A DNA stretch of 64,000 nucleotides from an uncultured Lachnospiraceae bacterium (lineage in GTDB: Bacteria > Bacillota > Clostridia > Lachnospirales > Lachnospiraceae): the NCBI GenBank assembly GCA_900316075.1, contig ONBT01000008.1:664-64663 (forward strand), in the 5' to 3' direction. Within the stretch, counting starts at the first letter, position 1; every line of letters begins with the position of its first letter. A model generated the notes under the pieces. The model had not been told where the DNA came from, ran no database searches, and saw only the letters and a program-made list of their open reading frames with translations. Shown piece after piece: positions 22,197 through 32,402 of this stretch. A program made the position numbers and the translations under genes.

Positions 22197-22810
22197 TTGC
22201 AGAAAAGTTCTGCCAGCGGCTCGGGAAATGAAGGAAAAAGCTCATCGAAAAGACCCGTTTTGATTTCTATCAAAGGCCTTCTGTATAAGCCCTCAGGCTG
22301 GGATTTACTGCAAATCAATATCGTGCGGTAGCGTGCGGTAGTAAAATTCTCAATTGGACTGGGAATTAACGTAATAGGAAAATAGATATCATCAGTTTCA
22401 ATTGCAAACCCGAGAATTGCCTCTTTTCCATATGCATAGGAAAATTCAACATTCCTTGTGATTTTGTCCTTCGAGCCAATACTCATATACTTGGCATCCT
22501 TGAGGTTAAGGATTCGGGCACAGCAAGAGCACTTTTCTACAACGGTTGTACGTATGTGCTCCCGAGAGGGAAGGCAGTCTGAAATTATTAGCCGATCATC
22601 GAAAGCACGATCAAAGAATTCAACGGCTGAAAGTATGGGACTCGTCAGCCCGAGAAGGTGCATAAACTGGTGTTTTCTGAACCTGGCTTGGAACCAAAGG
22701 TACTGTGGGCTATTATTATTTTTCCCGATAAAAAGAAAGACCTGGTCCAACAATTGGTTGTATTGAACTGCTGCGGAATGAATGGCAGCGAGCAATTGCT
22801 CATCCGTCAT
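22175..22810 (-). CDS. PBECR-like (Barnase/EndoU/ColicinE5-D/RelE-like) putative nuclease
   Basis: The ORF is AT-richer than its flanks. The motif FQARFRKHQFMHLLGL and overall size recall PBECR4-type domains (from memory, not searched). Start uncertain: 22810 or 22828 preferred, because the track start at 22882 lies in a terminator hairpin. Confidence 0.5.
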   Translation of the reverse strand: MTDEQLLAAIHSAAVQYNQLLDQVFLFIGKNNNSPQYLWFQARFRKHQFMHLLGLTSPILSAVEFFDRAFDDRLIISDCLPSREHIRTTVVEKCSCCARILNLKDAKYMSIGSKDKITRNVEFSYAYGKEAILGFAIETDDIYFPITLIPSPIENFTTARYRTILICSKSQPEGLYRRPLIEIKTGLFDELFPSFPEPLAELFCNEKDPAE

Positions 22811-22857
22811 AGAAGTAGAAATGATCATAGACAGTACCCAAGAAAAGAAACTAGAAT

Positions 22858-22896
22858 TGAAAGAAAGAAAAGGCCTTGCCATGAAGCAAAGCCCTT
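22858..22896 (-). terminator. leader terminator/attenuator hairpin upstream of the nuclease-like ORF
   Basis: Minus-strand sequence GGGCUUUGC-UUCAU-GGCAAGGCC followed by UUUUCUUUCUUUC. It is positionally homologous to the copy-1 terminator. Confidence 0.6.
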
Positions 22897-23073
22897 ATAG
22901 ATAAGATACTGGTTTAGTTTAGGTGCTTGCCACCCATTTGAAAGCCTTCCACTTTCCCGCGAAGTCAAACTACTTCGTAGAGAGGATGCAGAGTTTTAAC
23001 GTAGCCAGTTCTACGAACGCGCGCTCCTTACGCGATGTGTCCTGCGGTGACAGGAAGAGATTTCTCCCTTGGC
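22858..23073 (-). ncRNA. unclassified structured RNA, copy 2 (5' leader of the nuclease-like ORF)
   Basis: The reverse complement aligns with copy 1 along its whole length. A 49-nt block is identical (22997-23045 versus 22014-22062). Confidence 0.5.
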
Positions 23074-23079
23074 ATCTTC

Positions 23080-23109
23080 AATCTACCACCCTCCTGTCGA
23101 TCCTGTCAA
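23080..23109 (-). promoter_or_regulatory. sigma-A type promoter with extended -10 (RNA copy 2 / nuclease leader)
   Basis: On the minus strand: TTGACA (23109-23104), 15-nt spacer, TGG, TAGATT (23085-23080). Confidence 0.55.
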
Positions 23110-23258
23110 TAACTCCCCGATTTTTTCCCAAAAATTTCATATTTTTTCAAATTCCCCCTAAACAAATATACGCAAATAGCCGAAATCCATTCTGAAAAGT
23201 ATCTTTATGTCCTTTTTTACAGGGTGTGGAAAAGACGGACAGAAAGAAGGAGCTATAT

Positions 23259-26200
23259 ATGTCTGGTAAACAGAACGGATTCTCGAAAATTCCTCTTGCG
23301 CGAAAGATAGAGGCCCTGGTCCTGACGGCGGTCACCGTCATTGCGTCGGCTTCCGTGGACTGGTCTTCCTTAACGGCAAGAGCGGAAGATACCTATCCGT
23401 ACGACGGTTCTCTGACTACTATGGTTGAGCTCGACCAGTCGAACCCGGTCATCAAGAGAGAGGTCATCGGAAAGGGCGGTAATCAGGCCGACAATACGCC
23501 CATGTATCTGGGAATCCACTCTGCCTACATGAATGTCCAGCTTTCAGAGGGGGCTACTGCCCACTATGAGGTGGCTATATATCAGAATTACGCAGATGAT
23601 GCGGATTATACGACCGCCACAAGTGTGCGCAGCGGAAACGAAATAGCTTCCGGTGATCTGACCCAATATGATAACGTGATTACTCTTTGGGACTGGCCGG
23701 ATGACAAGAACGCCCTTGTATACCTGGCGTCCGGCGAGAAGGCCACGATTGAAGTCACATTCTCCAATATTTCAGAAGGGGCCGTGATTTCATATGGTCA
23801 GGATTCAGAACAGAATTCTATAGCAGTCGGGACAAAGTATGAGAGTACTTTCTCGGATGCGGAGCTGGTTTCCGAAACCGGCCGTTCGAGCTATGTCACA
23901 GTTACGAACGGGGCGCCTATTGATTTCACGGGCGATTTCTCCCTGGCTCCGTCTTATAAGCGGAATATCTATTACAAGCTTTACGACAGTTCAGATAATA
24001 CGAATATCACGACGATTGCCAGCAGCTCCGACTATACAGCGACCTCCCATGCTTCTATAGCGGTAGATGACACACAAAAACTTCTGACGCCCGGTACCGA
24101 GTCAGGTGAAGATACCCTTCTGGTCTTTTCCGGCAACGATTCTTCGAAGTGGCTTAAGATTCCCGTGCGGATAGTTGCACCAAACATTAGTTATAGCAAT
24201 CTAACCTATAATGGAAATTCCGTTTCCGTGGTTACGCCGTCCTGCGGCCTTAATGTACTTACAGAAGGAACGGATTTCTTTGCGACCTATTCCGGTGAAG
24301 ACAGACAGGGGAATCCCTATAATGACGATGTAGCTTCCAATATCAGGAATGCCGGCGAATATACGGTAACCCTGTCCGGCGCGGCCGGAACAGACTATGA
24401 AGGCCTGACATATACTGAATCCTTTTCTATTGCTCCAAAGGATATAAATGAAGTAACTACCGGATCGGACATGCAGGTCGACCCGGCTGCGCTTTCAGTT
24501 ACCAATGCGGACGGAGCTTTGACTGATAACGGGCAGAACCTGATCAAGGATTATGACTACACGGTCGACAAGGTAGAGCGGGATGCGGCAGACAATGCGA
24601 AGTATTCCATCACGATTACCGGAAAGGGAAACTACACCGGGACCCGGGTTATCCAGTCGTCCAATTCGCTTAGCGGTACAGTGGATCTCAATACCCTTGT
24701 TAATAAGCTGATGCTTACGAAGGACAAAAATTCGTCAGAGGGGGCGATTTATGTCTTTGATGCAACGGCTCATAATGAACCCGGAATCTATTTTTACGAT
24801 AAAAACAACACACAGCTGAATCTAAAGCTGCACAATGATTACGAATACGCAATACGGGACAACAGCACACAGGCAGTCGTATATGACTCCGTGACGCCTT
24901 CGGCCATTACGTATGCCGGTGCTGTTAATGCAGGATACTATACAGTGGAAATCCGGGGACGGGGGAAGTATACCGGAACCATCAAATCGACCGACTTTTC
25001 AGATCAGGTCTTTCAGATTCAGCGGCGATCTCTAACCTACAACAATTTCATCGTGAAGATCAGTCCGGTTACATTCGTGGCTGATGACACCGTGCACCAG
25101 CCGACCAGTGTAACGGCAGAGTATCGTTACGGTACAGATGGCTCCAGCCGCTGGACCATGCGTCAGGGCATAGACTATGATTATGCTTTTGATCAAACGA
25201 AAGATGCGGGTACCTATGCGGTTCGGATTATTCCCCTGGAAACCGGAAATTTCTCCGGCGAGACCATAAACTTCTCAAACCATAAGCAGGCAGTGGCAGG
25301 AACATCAGTAGCCGATTTGGATGCCAATCCGGATTTGATTCATCCGGAATCCGTCGTCACATATGAGATTATTGCGTCTCTGGACAAGGCCGATGTCTGT
25401 CTGACAGACGGGAATACCTTCCCGGATGTCAATGTGGCCAATGTGGGAACCTCCTGGGTTTCCGCCTACTCGGCAGTCTATGATGGGAATGCAAAACAGC
25501 CTAAAGTTCAGGTGAAGATCGGGGCTCATGAACTGTCCCAGTACGTCAATGATACAACCACGCCCAATGCGGACTACAAAGTCATATATGATCCGACAAA
25601 AGAGACAAATGTAGGTGAGGCCAGCCTGATCATCCAGGGCATGAACAAGTTCGAGGGCCAGCCCATTCTGACGGTCAAATACACCATCACGCCGATTTCC
25701 CTGGCAGCCGGTGATCTGACGGTATCCAAAGAGAAGACATATGACCCTAATGGCAAGGCGGCTACTCTGGCGAACGGGGAATATTCTGTTTCTCATGACA
25801 AAAAATCTCTTTCAGAAGGAACGGACTTCGTTCTCGAGTATGAAAATAATACAGATCAAGGGGATGCTACGGTTACGGCCAAAGGTATCGGCAACTATAC
25901 CGGATCCGCAATCGCGGTTATGAAAATCAATCCCTTTGATTTTACGAAATCAACGGATTTTACAATTAAATCAATCCCGGATCAGTCCTATACCGGCAGC
26001 GAAATTAAACCCGATGAAAAGGGCTTGGTTGTCGTGCAATATAAAGGCTGGAAGACGCTGGAAAAGGATGTGGATTATAAGGTTACCTATGAGAAGGGAA
26101 CCAATATCAAGACCACAGATAAGGCAAAGGTTATTATTACAGGTCTTGGAAATTATACTGGCGTTAAATATACGACGTTCAGGATTAAGACCAAGAGCCT

Positions 26201-29200
26201 GCTGGATGGAGTAACCTATCGGATTGGAGGCACAAAGACCGGCACGCTTTCCGGAACGACCAATACCGGGTATACGGAAGAGTATACAGGTAAACCCAGC
26301 ACTCCCAATATTGAATTGAACAATGGTGCCCTGCGGAACGGAGTTGACTATACCGTTTCGACAAGTTCAGCCATCAGGGCCGGCAAACGGACCATTACAA
26401 TCACCGGTATCGGCAACTATGCCGGGACGGAAGCAAAACTGGTCTATGTCGTCATTCCTAAGGCATTGACCAGCGCGAAGGCTGTGCCGGTTGCATCCGG
26501 TGCCTCCACATCCGGAGCTATCCAGACCGGTACGGACGCCATCAAGCGCTACTACAAGGTTCAGATCGGAACGGGATCCAATGCAATTCCCCTGTCACCG
26601 GCTTCCATTACCTACAATGCAGACGGTACAGCAGAGTCTGTCACGGATTCCGGCGATTATACTTTCCAGTGGACGCAGCCTGACGGGACAGAACTCGCTG
26701 AAAATCAGATTCCGTCCATAGCAGGAGAGGGCTACACACTGAAGATCACCGGCCACGGGAATTACTCGGGAAGTGTTTCCGTCGACCGGGATGGCAGCAC
26801 AGCAAAGAACAAGCTCATGGTCGGCGCCTCAGTTGATGCGGTGGATGTCATCCATATCCTTGACCGCAGCGGTGATTCGGTACCTTATCTGGGCTCCAAT
26901 TTGCCTGCTGTTTACCTGGAATCAGGCAAGCTGACGTCGAAGACCTCCTCTGTAAATCCGTACAACCAGAATATTGTAGTCAGCGGCAACAGTATTGCAC
27001 TGGCAGGACCGGACTATGAGAACGGTCAGTACAAGAACGATACGGCGAAGGACTATACCGTCCATTTCGTTCCCGGTACAACAGCTTCAAAGGATGATGC
27101 GGCTGCAGAACTCAGCTCCCTGCCTGTCAATACACAGTTTAAGGTCCGTGTTTCTGCAGTGGCTGGCTCCAAGCTTTTCTTCGGCAGCCACCAGACGGAA
27201 CGTGTATTTACCGTATCAGCGACAGACCTTTCCGACTTCGGGAAGAAAATAACCGGCTATCGTGCCGGCCGGCTGACGGTATCCGACACAGCAGTAGCGG
27301 AGCCCTATGTCGTATCGAATGGCTCTGAAGTGTCTGCTGCGGCTATCTCCTACGAATACACCGGCAGCACCATCACGCCCAAGCTCAGTGTGACCTGCAC
27401 TCCGGTTACGCCGGACAGCAGCAAATTCAACGGGACTTTTGCGCCCATCAACCTCCTGTCCTACGCGACGGTCGCTCCGGCCACTATTCCGGCGGATGTA
27501 AAGAAAAATCAAAACTTCACCCTGACCGCCAATACAGGTTCCGGCTTCTCCGGCACTCTGACCATTCCGTACGAGGTGACGCAGAAAAAGATTACGGAGG
27601 ACATGATCAAGATGTCCCCGACGAGCGCGACCTACAATGGAAGCTCTCAGAAGAACGTCATCGATAGCGCTGTCACGGTCACATATAATAATAAACCCCT
27701 GACCAAGGATAAGGATTATACCCTCAGCTACTTCGAAGATGCGGACGGCAAGACATCGATTGATCCGAAGAGCGGTGACTTCACGAAGGCTCAGAGCATC
27801 TACATTCAGGTCTCTGGAACCGGAACGAATTTTGACACGACACCTGTCATGTATCCGGATCCTTTCGTTATTAAGGGGAAGAGTCTGTCCTCAGCAACCC
27901 TGACGCTGGGTGGAGACGTGACAAAACCGGCCGGCTCGGATATCTACTATGCCAAGTACAATGGCGGAAATGTCGTTTCTCCTACTGTCATTGTGACGGA
28001 CGGCAGCCGGACATTGTCCGGAACATTCAATAAATCGGATCCCGGCAAAGACTACTACTATGATCCGACGAGTGCAGACTCGCTGACCCAGACCGGCGGC
28101 GTTGGTCTGAAGACCGTCACCGTCAAAGGCCTCAACAATTACAGCGGTGATGCGGATCTGACGGAGAGCTTCTATGTATATGGAGAACTGTCAAAGGATG
28201 CATCTTTAGCAGGTTCATTTACAACTAGCGATGTAGCAGATTACAAAACATATGAACTTGATGAAAATGGCCATCTAATTACATCGGAAACCAAGACAGC
28301 CTTTGATTACACACAAGTTGAATTTAAACATGGGTCCGATATCTTGACCTATGGCACCCACTATACAGCATCTCTTAAGCGGGACGGGGTTTCGGTATCC
28401 GATATGTCTGTACCCGGTGTCTATACGATTACCTATACAGGCACAGGGATCCGCAATGGCTGCTATGGTACGGTGACGTTTAACAATATTACCGTCAAAG
28501 GTAATCTTGAGTATGCGACGATATCCGGGGTCAATGAGAATTACGATTTCAAAGGCAAGGATAATATTCCCGGCCCGACGAATATCGGTCAGATTACAGT
28601 AAAACTCGGTAACTATCCCATTCCTACCAAGGCGCTGAAGTTTACATCTTCATCGACGAATAATTATATTCCGACCGATGGAACAAAAGATGCGACAATC
28701 ACGGTAGAGGTCAATACCGACAACGACACGTACAAGAATCTTTATACAGGAAGTGTCACGGCCAACTACAATATCCGCTATGACCTGAGCAAAGTGACGA
28801 TTGCCAAAAAGTCGGGGGCGACGCTCTCTATGACAGATGATGCAGACACTTTGAAGTCAAAGATAGAAGTGACTTATAAGGGCCAGACGCTGGTTGAAAA
28901 TCAGGATTTCATATACAATCCGCAGCCGGAGTGGGTTTCCACCGGTTCTAATGCGACCCCTCGCCTTACCTTTACTCTCCAGCCGGACGCGAACCTCGAT
29001 CACTCCTACGGAAGTAAGTCCAGCACAGCTCTGACGGGAACCCGGAAACCGTTGAACAAGGATACGGCAAATGTATCCATGACTACTTCTCAGTCTACTA
29101 ACACCCAGGAGTACGATGGACAGGATCATTTCAATGACTTTGCCGGAAACGTCGAGATTACCTACGATGGTGAAACACTGAATCAGGGAACAGACTATGC

Positions 29201-32200
29201 GGTTCAGGTCACCAAGCAGGGAAGTTCCACATCTCTTAAGGCCGGTGATATGGTCAACGTCGGCACCTATGAGCTGAAGATTCGTGGTGTTGGCAACTAC
29301 AAGACAGATGCGGGAAAGGAACTGAAAGCGACATATACGATTACGTCCAGATCTTTGAAGGATAATTCCGCCACTATGGAATTGACAGATTCGGATGATA
29401 ATCAACTGTATTATTCAGGAACAGAACTGAACCCTGAATATACCGTAACTGATGATCTGGGGAACGTTCTGACAAAGGATGACTATACGATTAAGTATAC
29501 GGCCTCCGATTGGAATGCTGGAACAGAAGTAACAGTTACAGTTTCCGGTAAAAACAATTATAAGGATGATATTACTGACAAGTTCACAATTCGAAAGGTC
29601 AGTCTTGACAGTACGCTGATTAAGGCTACCTCGACTGCGGTTTACAATGGTCAGAAGCAAACGCCGACTGTTACTGTTCAACGTGTAGATGACGACGGGA
29701 CAGTTTTAGCAACCCTGAGTGATCCTACTGATTATAAGTTTACGCCTCCGACAGATCAGGACCTGACAAATGTGGGCAATCATACATGCTCGATTTCCGC
29801 AGGAACGAACAAGAACTATACGGGTACGAAGGACTTTGAATTCATTATCACCCCGCGTTCCCTTACAAGCAGTGGCATCGAAGTCATCCTCGACAATGCG
29901 GACGGCAAGTATGCCTATGCTAACGGCGACGCAGTAACGCCTACCGTTACCATCACAGATACAGGCCTTGCGACAGGCGGCACCACACCGCTTGTATCCG
30001 GTACAGACTACACAGCGACACCCGCCAACAATACCGTCTCTCATTCGAGCGATAATACTGACGGGGCAGCCCCGGTCGTACAGATCATAGGGAACGGAAA
30101 CTACGGTGGCGAAGTCGACAAGTATTTCCAGATCGGCACCGACCTATCAGACGCAACGGTAACACTGGATAAATCTACCCACGGCTATGACGGCGCGGCC
30201 TTCCGGCCGACGGTCACCGGTGTGACCCTGAATGGAAATGCGCTGACAGAGACGACCGACTACACCGGCCCGGCCTATACGACGACGGGCGGGGCAGTCC
30301 TGGCAGCCACAGAACCCACAGCCAAGGGTACTTACAAGGCAACCGTCACCGGGACGGGGGCTTACTTCGGTACGGCTTCTGCGGAGTATACGATTACGGC
30401 CCAGAATGCCAGCCGTGCAGACATTATAGTGGAATTCCAGAGCGATAGCGCTATGCAGACAGATGATAGTGGAGCGCCTTTCTGGTACTACACGGGTGAG
30501 GCCATCACGCCTGCGGTCAAAGTCTACTATTCGCCGGATGATGACACGAAGACGGAATTGACTGGCGGAGATGCAGACAGTACGACGGCGGACTATTACC
30601 TGACATATTCAAGCAATGTCAATGCCGGCGAAGAAGCCTCCATCACGGTCCACCTGATCAATAATTACGCGATCAGCGGGACGGAAGACCGGGTGGCCAC
30701 ATTTACAATCAAGCCGGTAGATATTAAAGATTTTTCGCTGACTCTCAATGGCGGCACAAAAGCTGACTTTGATGGCACGGCTCAGACGAAGGCCTTCACC
30801 CTTTCCGGAAAGAATCCGGCCGGGCAGACGGTTTCCAAGGTCTACAGCGGTACAGCCGTACAGATTGAAACCGAGGCAGCGAACGACGGCCTGAATGTCG
30901 ACTGGACGAACAATATCGCTCCCGGTACAGCCAACCTGCAGGTCAGCGGTACCGGCAACGGGAATTATACCGGTACGGCTCCTCTGGCAACGATGACCAT
31001 TGTCGGCGTGATCAGTGATGCAACGATAACGGTTGCCCGGTCCACGAATATCCAGGCGAAGGTGACGCCCAAAGTTACGGTCGACTTTAAGGACAAGTCC
31101 GGCACAAGCCATATCATCGATCCGGATTCCGGTTGGTACGATGTTACATATCGGGCGGATACCGGGAACTGGAAGACAGCGACAAAGGTCGAAGTCACTG
31201 TCAAGGGCGTCGAACCCCTGCTGGGTATGACTTATATCACCGGAACCAAGAAAGCCTATGGTGAACTGACGGATGAACCGACAGGGCTTTTCCTGACAGG
31301 GTACAATGCAACTTACCAGTACACCGGACAGCCGATCAGCCCTTCCGGCCTTGTGGTTTCAGGCAGTGCAATGCAGGGCGGCAATATATCCGTGGTCGGC
31401 TTTATTTACCATAGCGACAAGGATGACAGTGCCTGCATTATTCCCGGTACGGTAACTATGTCAGCCATTGTATCTTATACAGACAGTACCGGAACTACAA
31501 AGACGACGGAGGTTTCCGAAGACGCAAACGGCAATCAGGCAAAGTTCCGGATCCTGAAGCGTTCTCTGAAGTCCTGCGATATCATAGGACCTGTCGATGT
31601 ACGGTACAATGGCAGCGCCCAAGAGCCGGTCGTTTCCATCAGCGCAGACGGAAATCCGCTGACGCCCGGAAAGGATTATAAGATTACGGGCTATGTGAAC
31701 AATACAAAGCCCGGCACGGCTACAGTCTCTATTACGGCAGGCGACAACGGCTATGTTTCCGGTAAGACGTCAAAGACATTCACGATTTTTGTCGCCAATG
31801 TGACCGGTCTCACAGCGACATCCGTTTCCACGACTTCTGCGAAGATATCCTGGAGTGCGAGCCCGAGTGTTGACGGTTACCTCCTGACCTACGAGAACAC
31901 AAAGGGTGTCCAGAAGGTTCAGACAAAGAACCTGACCTATACGGTGACAGATCTTCCGACGGACGATTCAACCCAGGTGGCGGTTCAGGCCTTTGTAAAT
32001 GAAGGCAGCACCCCGACCTATTTTGGTGATCCGAATACGATATTCGCGAAAACCGCTTTGACGGCAACGACGACGACCGGAAGCTCTTCAGGCGGAAGGA
32101 ATACGGTCCGTTGGAGTACGGTTTCCGGAGCCAACGGGTATGAGATCTGGCGGGCGACGAGGAAGGATGGAACTTACGAATTGCTTACGACAGCCACGGC

Positions 32201-32360
32201 TTCGGCAACGAGCTATACGGACTCCCATGCGACGGTCGGGACGACTTATTACTACAAAGTTCGCGCTTACAAGATCAGTACGACAGCCGGGTCGACGTTC
32301 GGACAGAAGTACGGTTACAGTAATTTCTCGAATTCCGTTGCCATCATGACCGTGAACTGA
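23259..32360 (+). CDS. giant secreted surface protein with >20 MBG/YDG-type repeats and two C-terminal Fn3 domains
   Basis: Start at ATG 23259 with aaggag 7 nt upstream. Signal peptide ends at ..SLTARAED. Repeats of ~80-90 aa match the pattern Y.G....P.V......L..G.DY.V.Y..N...G.A.V.I.G.GNY.G. Fn3-like segments VTGLTATSVSTTSAKISWS and VRWSTVSGANGYEIWR. No C-terminal sorting signal. Confidence 0.85.
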   Translation: MSGKQNGFSKIPLARKIEALVLTAVTVIASASVDWSSLTARAEDTYPYDGSLTTMVELDQSNPVIKREVIGKGGNQADNTPMYLGIHSAYMNVQLSEGATAHYEVAIYQNYADDADYTTATSVRSGNEIASGDLTQYDNVITLWDWPDDKNALVYLASGEKATIEVTFSNISEGAVISYGQDSEQNSIAVGTKYESTFSDAELVSETGRSSYVTVTNGAPIDFTGDFSLAPSYKRNIYYKLYDSSDNTNITTIASSSDYTATSHASIAVDDTQKLLTPGTESGEDTLLVFSGNDSSKWLKIPVRIVAPNISYSNLTYNGNSVSVVTPSCGLNVLTEGTDFFATYSGEDRQGNPYNDDVASNIRNAGEYTVTLSGAAGTDYEGLTYTESFSIAPKDINEVTTGSDMQVDPAALSVTNADGALTDNGQNLIKDYDYTVDKVERDAADNAKYSITITGKGNYTGTRVIQSSNSLSGTVDLNTLVNKLMLTKDKNSSEGAIYVFDATAHNEPGIYFYDKNNTQLNLKLHNDYEYAIRDNSTQAVVYDSVTPSAITYAGAVNAGYYTVEIRGRGKYTGTIKSTDFSDQVFQIQRRSLTYNNFIVKISPVTFVADDTVHQPTSVTAEYRYGTDGSSRWTMRQGIDYDYAFDQTKDAGTYAVRIIPLETGNFSGETINFSNHKQAVAGTSVADLDANPDLIHPESVVTYEIIASLDKADVCLTDGNTFPDVNVANVGTSWVSAYSAVYDGNAKQPKVQVKIGAHELSQYVNDTTTPNADYKVIYDPTKETNVGEASLIIQGMNKFEGQPILTVKYTITPISLAAGDLTVSKEKTYDPNGKAATLANGEYSVSHDKKSLSEGTDFVLEYENNTDQGDATVTAKGIGNYTGSAIAVMKINPFDFTKSTDFTIKSIPDQSYTGSEIKPDEKGLVVVQYKGWKTLEKDVDYKVTYEKGTNIKTTDKAKVIITGLGNYTGVKYTTFRIKTKSLLDGVTYRIGGTKTGTLSGTTNTGYTEEYTGKPSTPNIELNNGALRNGVDYTVSTSSAIRAGKRTITITGIGNYAGTEAKLVYVVIPKALTSAKAVPVASGASTSGAIQTGTDAIKRYYKVQIGTGSNAIPLSPASITYNADGTAESVTDSGDYTFQWTQPDGTELAENQIPSIAGEGYTLKITGHGNYSGSVSVDRDGSTAKNKLMVGASVDAVDVIHILDRSGDSVPYLGSNLPAVYLESGKLTSKTSSVNPYNQNIVVSGNSIALAGPDYENGQYKNDTAKDYTVHFVPGTTASKDDAAAELSSLPVNTQFKVRVSAVAGSKLFFGSHQTERVFTVSATDLSDFGKKITGYRAGRLTVSDTAVAEPYVVSNGSEVSAAAISYEYTGSTITPKLSVTCTPVTPDSSKFNGTFAPINLLSYATVAPATIPADVKKNQNFTLTANTGSGFSGTLTIPYEVTQKKITEDMIKMSPTSATYNGSSQKNVIDSAVTVTYNNKPLTKDKDYTLSYFEDADGKTSIDPKSGDFTKAQSIYIQVSGTGTNFDTTPVMYPDPFVIKGKSLSSATLTLGGDVTKPAGSDIYYAKYNGGNVVSPTVIVTDGSRTLSGTFNKSDPGKDYYYDPTSADSLTQTGGVGLKTVTVKGLNNYSGDADLTESFYVYGELSKDASLAGSFTTSDVADYKTYELDENGHLITSETKTAFDYTQVEFKHGSDILTYGTHYTASLKRDGVSVSDMSVPGVYTITYTGTGIRNGCYGTVTFNNITVKGNLEYATISGVNENYDFKGKDNIPGPTNIGQITVKLGNYPIPTKALKFTSSSTNNYIPTDGTKDATITVEVNTDNDTYKNLYTGSVTANYNIRYDLSKVTIAKKSGATLSMTDDADTLKSKIEVTYKGQTLVENQDFIYNPQPEWVSTGSNATPRLTFTLQPDANLDHSYGSKSSTALTGTRKPLNKDTANVSMTTSQSTNTQEYDGQDHFNDFAGNVEITYDGETLNQGTDYAVQVTKQGSSTSLKAGDMVNVGTYELKIRGVGNYKTDAGKELKATYTITSRSLKDNSATMELTDSDDNQLYYSGTELNPEYTVTDDLGNVLTKDDYTIKYTASDWNAGTEVTVTVSGKNNYKDDITDKFTIRKVSLDSTLIKATSTAVYNGQKQTPTVTVQRVDDDGTVLATLSDPTDYKFTPPTDQDLTNVGNHTCSISAGTNKNYTGTKDFEFIITPRSLTSSGIEVILDNADGKYAYANGDAVTPTVTITDTGLATGGTTPLVSGTDYTATPANNTVSHSSDNTDGAAPVVQIIGNGNYGGEVDKYFQIGTDLSDATVTLDKSTHGYDGAAFRPTVTGVTLNGNALTETTDYTGPAYTTTGGAVLAATEPTAKGTYKATVTGTGAYFGTASAEYTITAQNASRADIIVEFQSDSAMQTDDSGAPFWYYTGEAITPAVKVYYSPDDDTKTELTGGDADSTTADYYLTYSSNVNAGEEASITVHLINNYAISGTEDRVATFTIKPVDIKDFSLTLNGGTKADFDGTAQTKAFTLSGKNPAGQTVSKVYSGTAVQIETEAANDGLNVDWTNNIAPGTANLQVSGTGNGNYTGTAPLATMTIVGVISDATITVARSTNIQAKVTPKVTVDFKDKSGTSHIIDPDSGWYDVTYRADTGNWKTATKVEVTVKGVEPLLGMTYITGTKKAYGELTDEPTGLFLTGYNATYQYTGQPISPSGLVVSGSAMQGGNISVVGFIYHSDKDDSACIIPGTVTMSAIVSYTDSTGTTKTTEVSEDANGNQAKFRILKRSLKSCDIIGPVDVRYNGSAQEPVVSISADGNPLTPGKDYKITGYVNNTKPGTATVSITAGDNGYVSGKTSKTFTIFVANVTGLTATSVSTTSAKISWSASPSVDGYLLTYENTKGVQKVQTKNLTYTVTDLPTDDSTQVAVQAFVNEGSTPTYFGDPNTIFAKTALTATTTTGSSSGGRNTVRWSTVSGANGYEIWRATRKDGTYELLTTATASATSYTDSHATVGTTYYYKVRAYKISTTAGSTFGQKYGYSNFSNSVAIMTVN

Positions 32361-32384
32361 CCGGTAGAAGCAAAAAAAAAATAA

Positions 32385-32393
32385 TGCTATAAT
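32385..32393 (+). promoter_or_regulatory. extended -10 element (TGcTATAAT) just upstream of the sortase gene
   Basis: TG at 32385-86 and TATAAT at 32388-93, 10 nt before ATG 32403. No SD visible, suggesting a very short or absent leader. Confidence 0.4.
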
Positions 32394-32402
32394 GACGCCG
32401 TC

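Noticed and set aside
21950-23109. Diversity-generating retroelement TR/VR pair, or IS/MITE terminal inverted repeats, as the explanation for the two copies.
   Set aside because: Differences between copies are not adenine-specific. No reverse transcriptase or transposase is present. Each copy carries its own promoter and terminator, which fits expressed RNAs better than bare recombination ends. A mobile cassette origin is not excluded.
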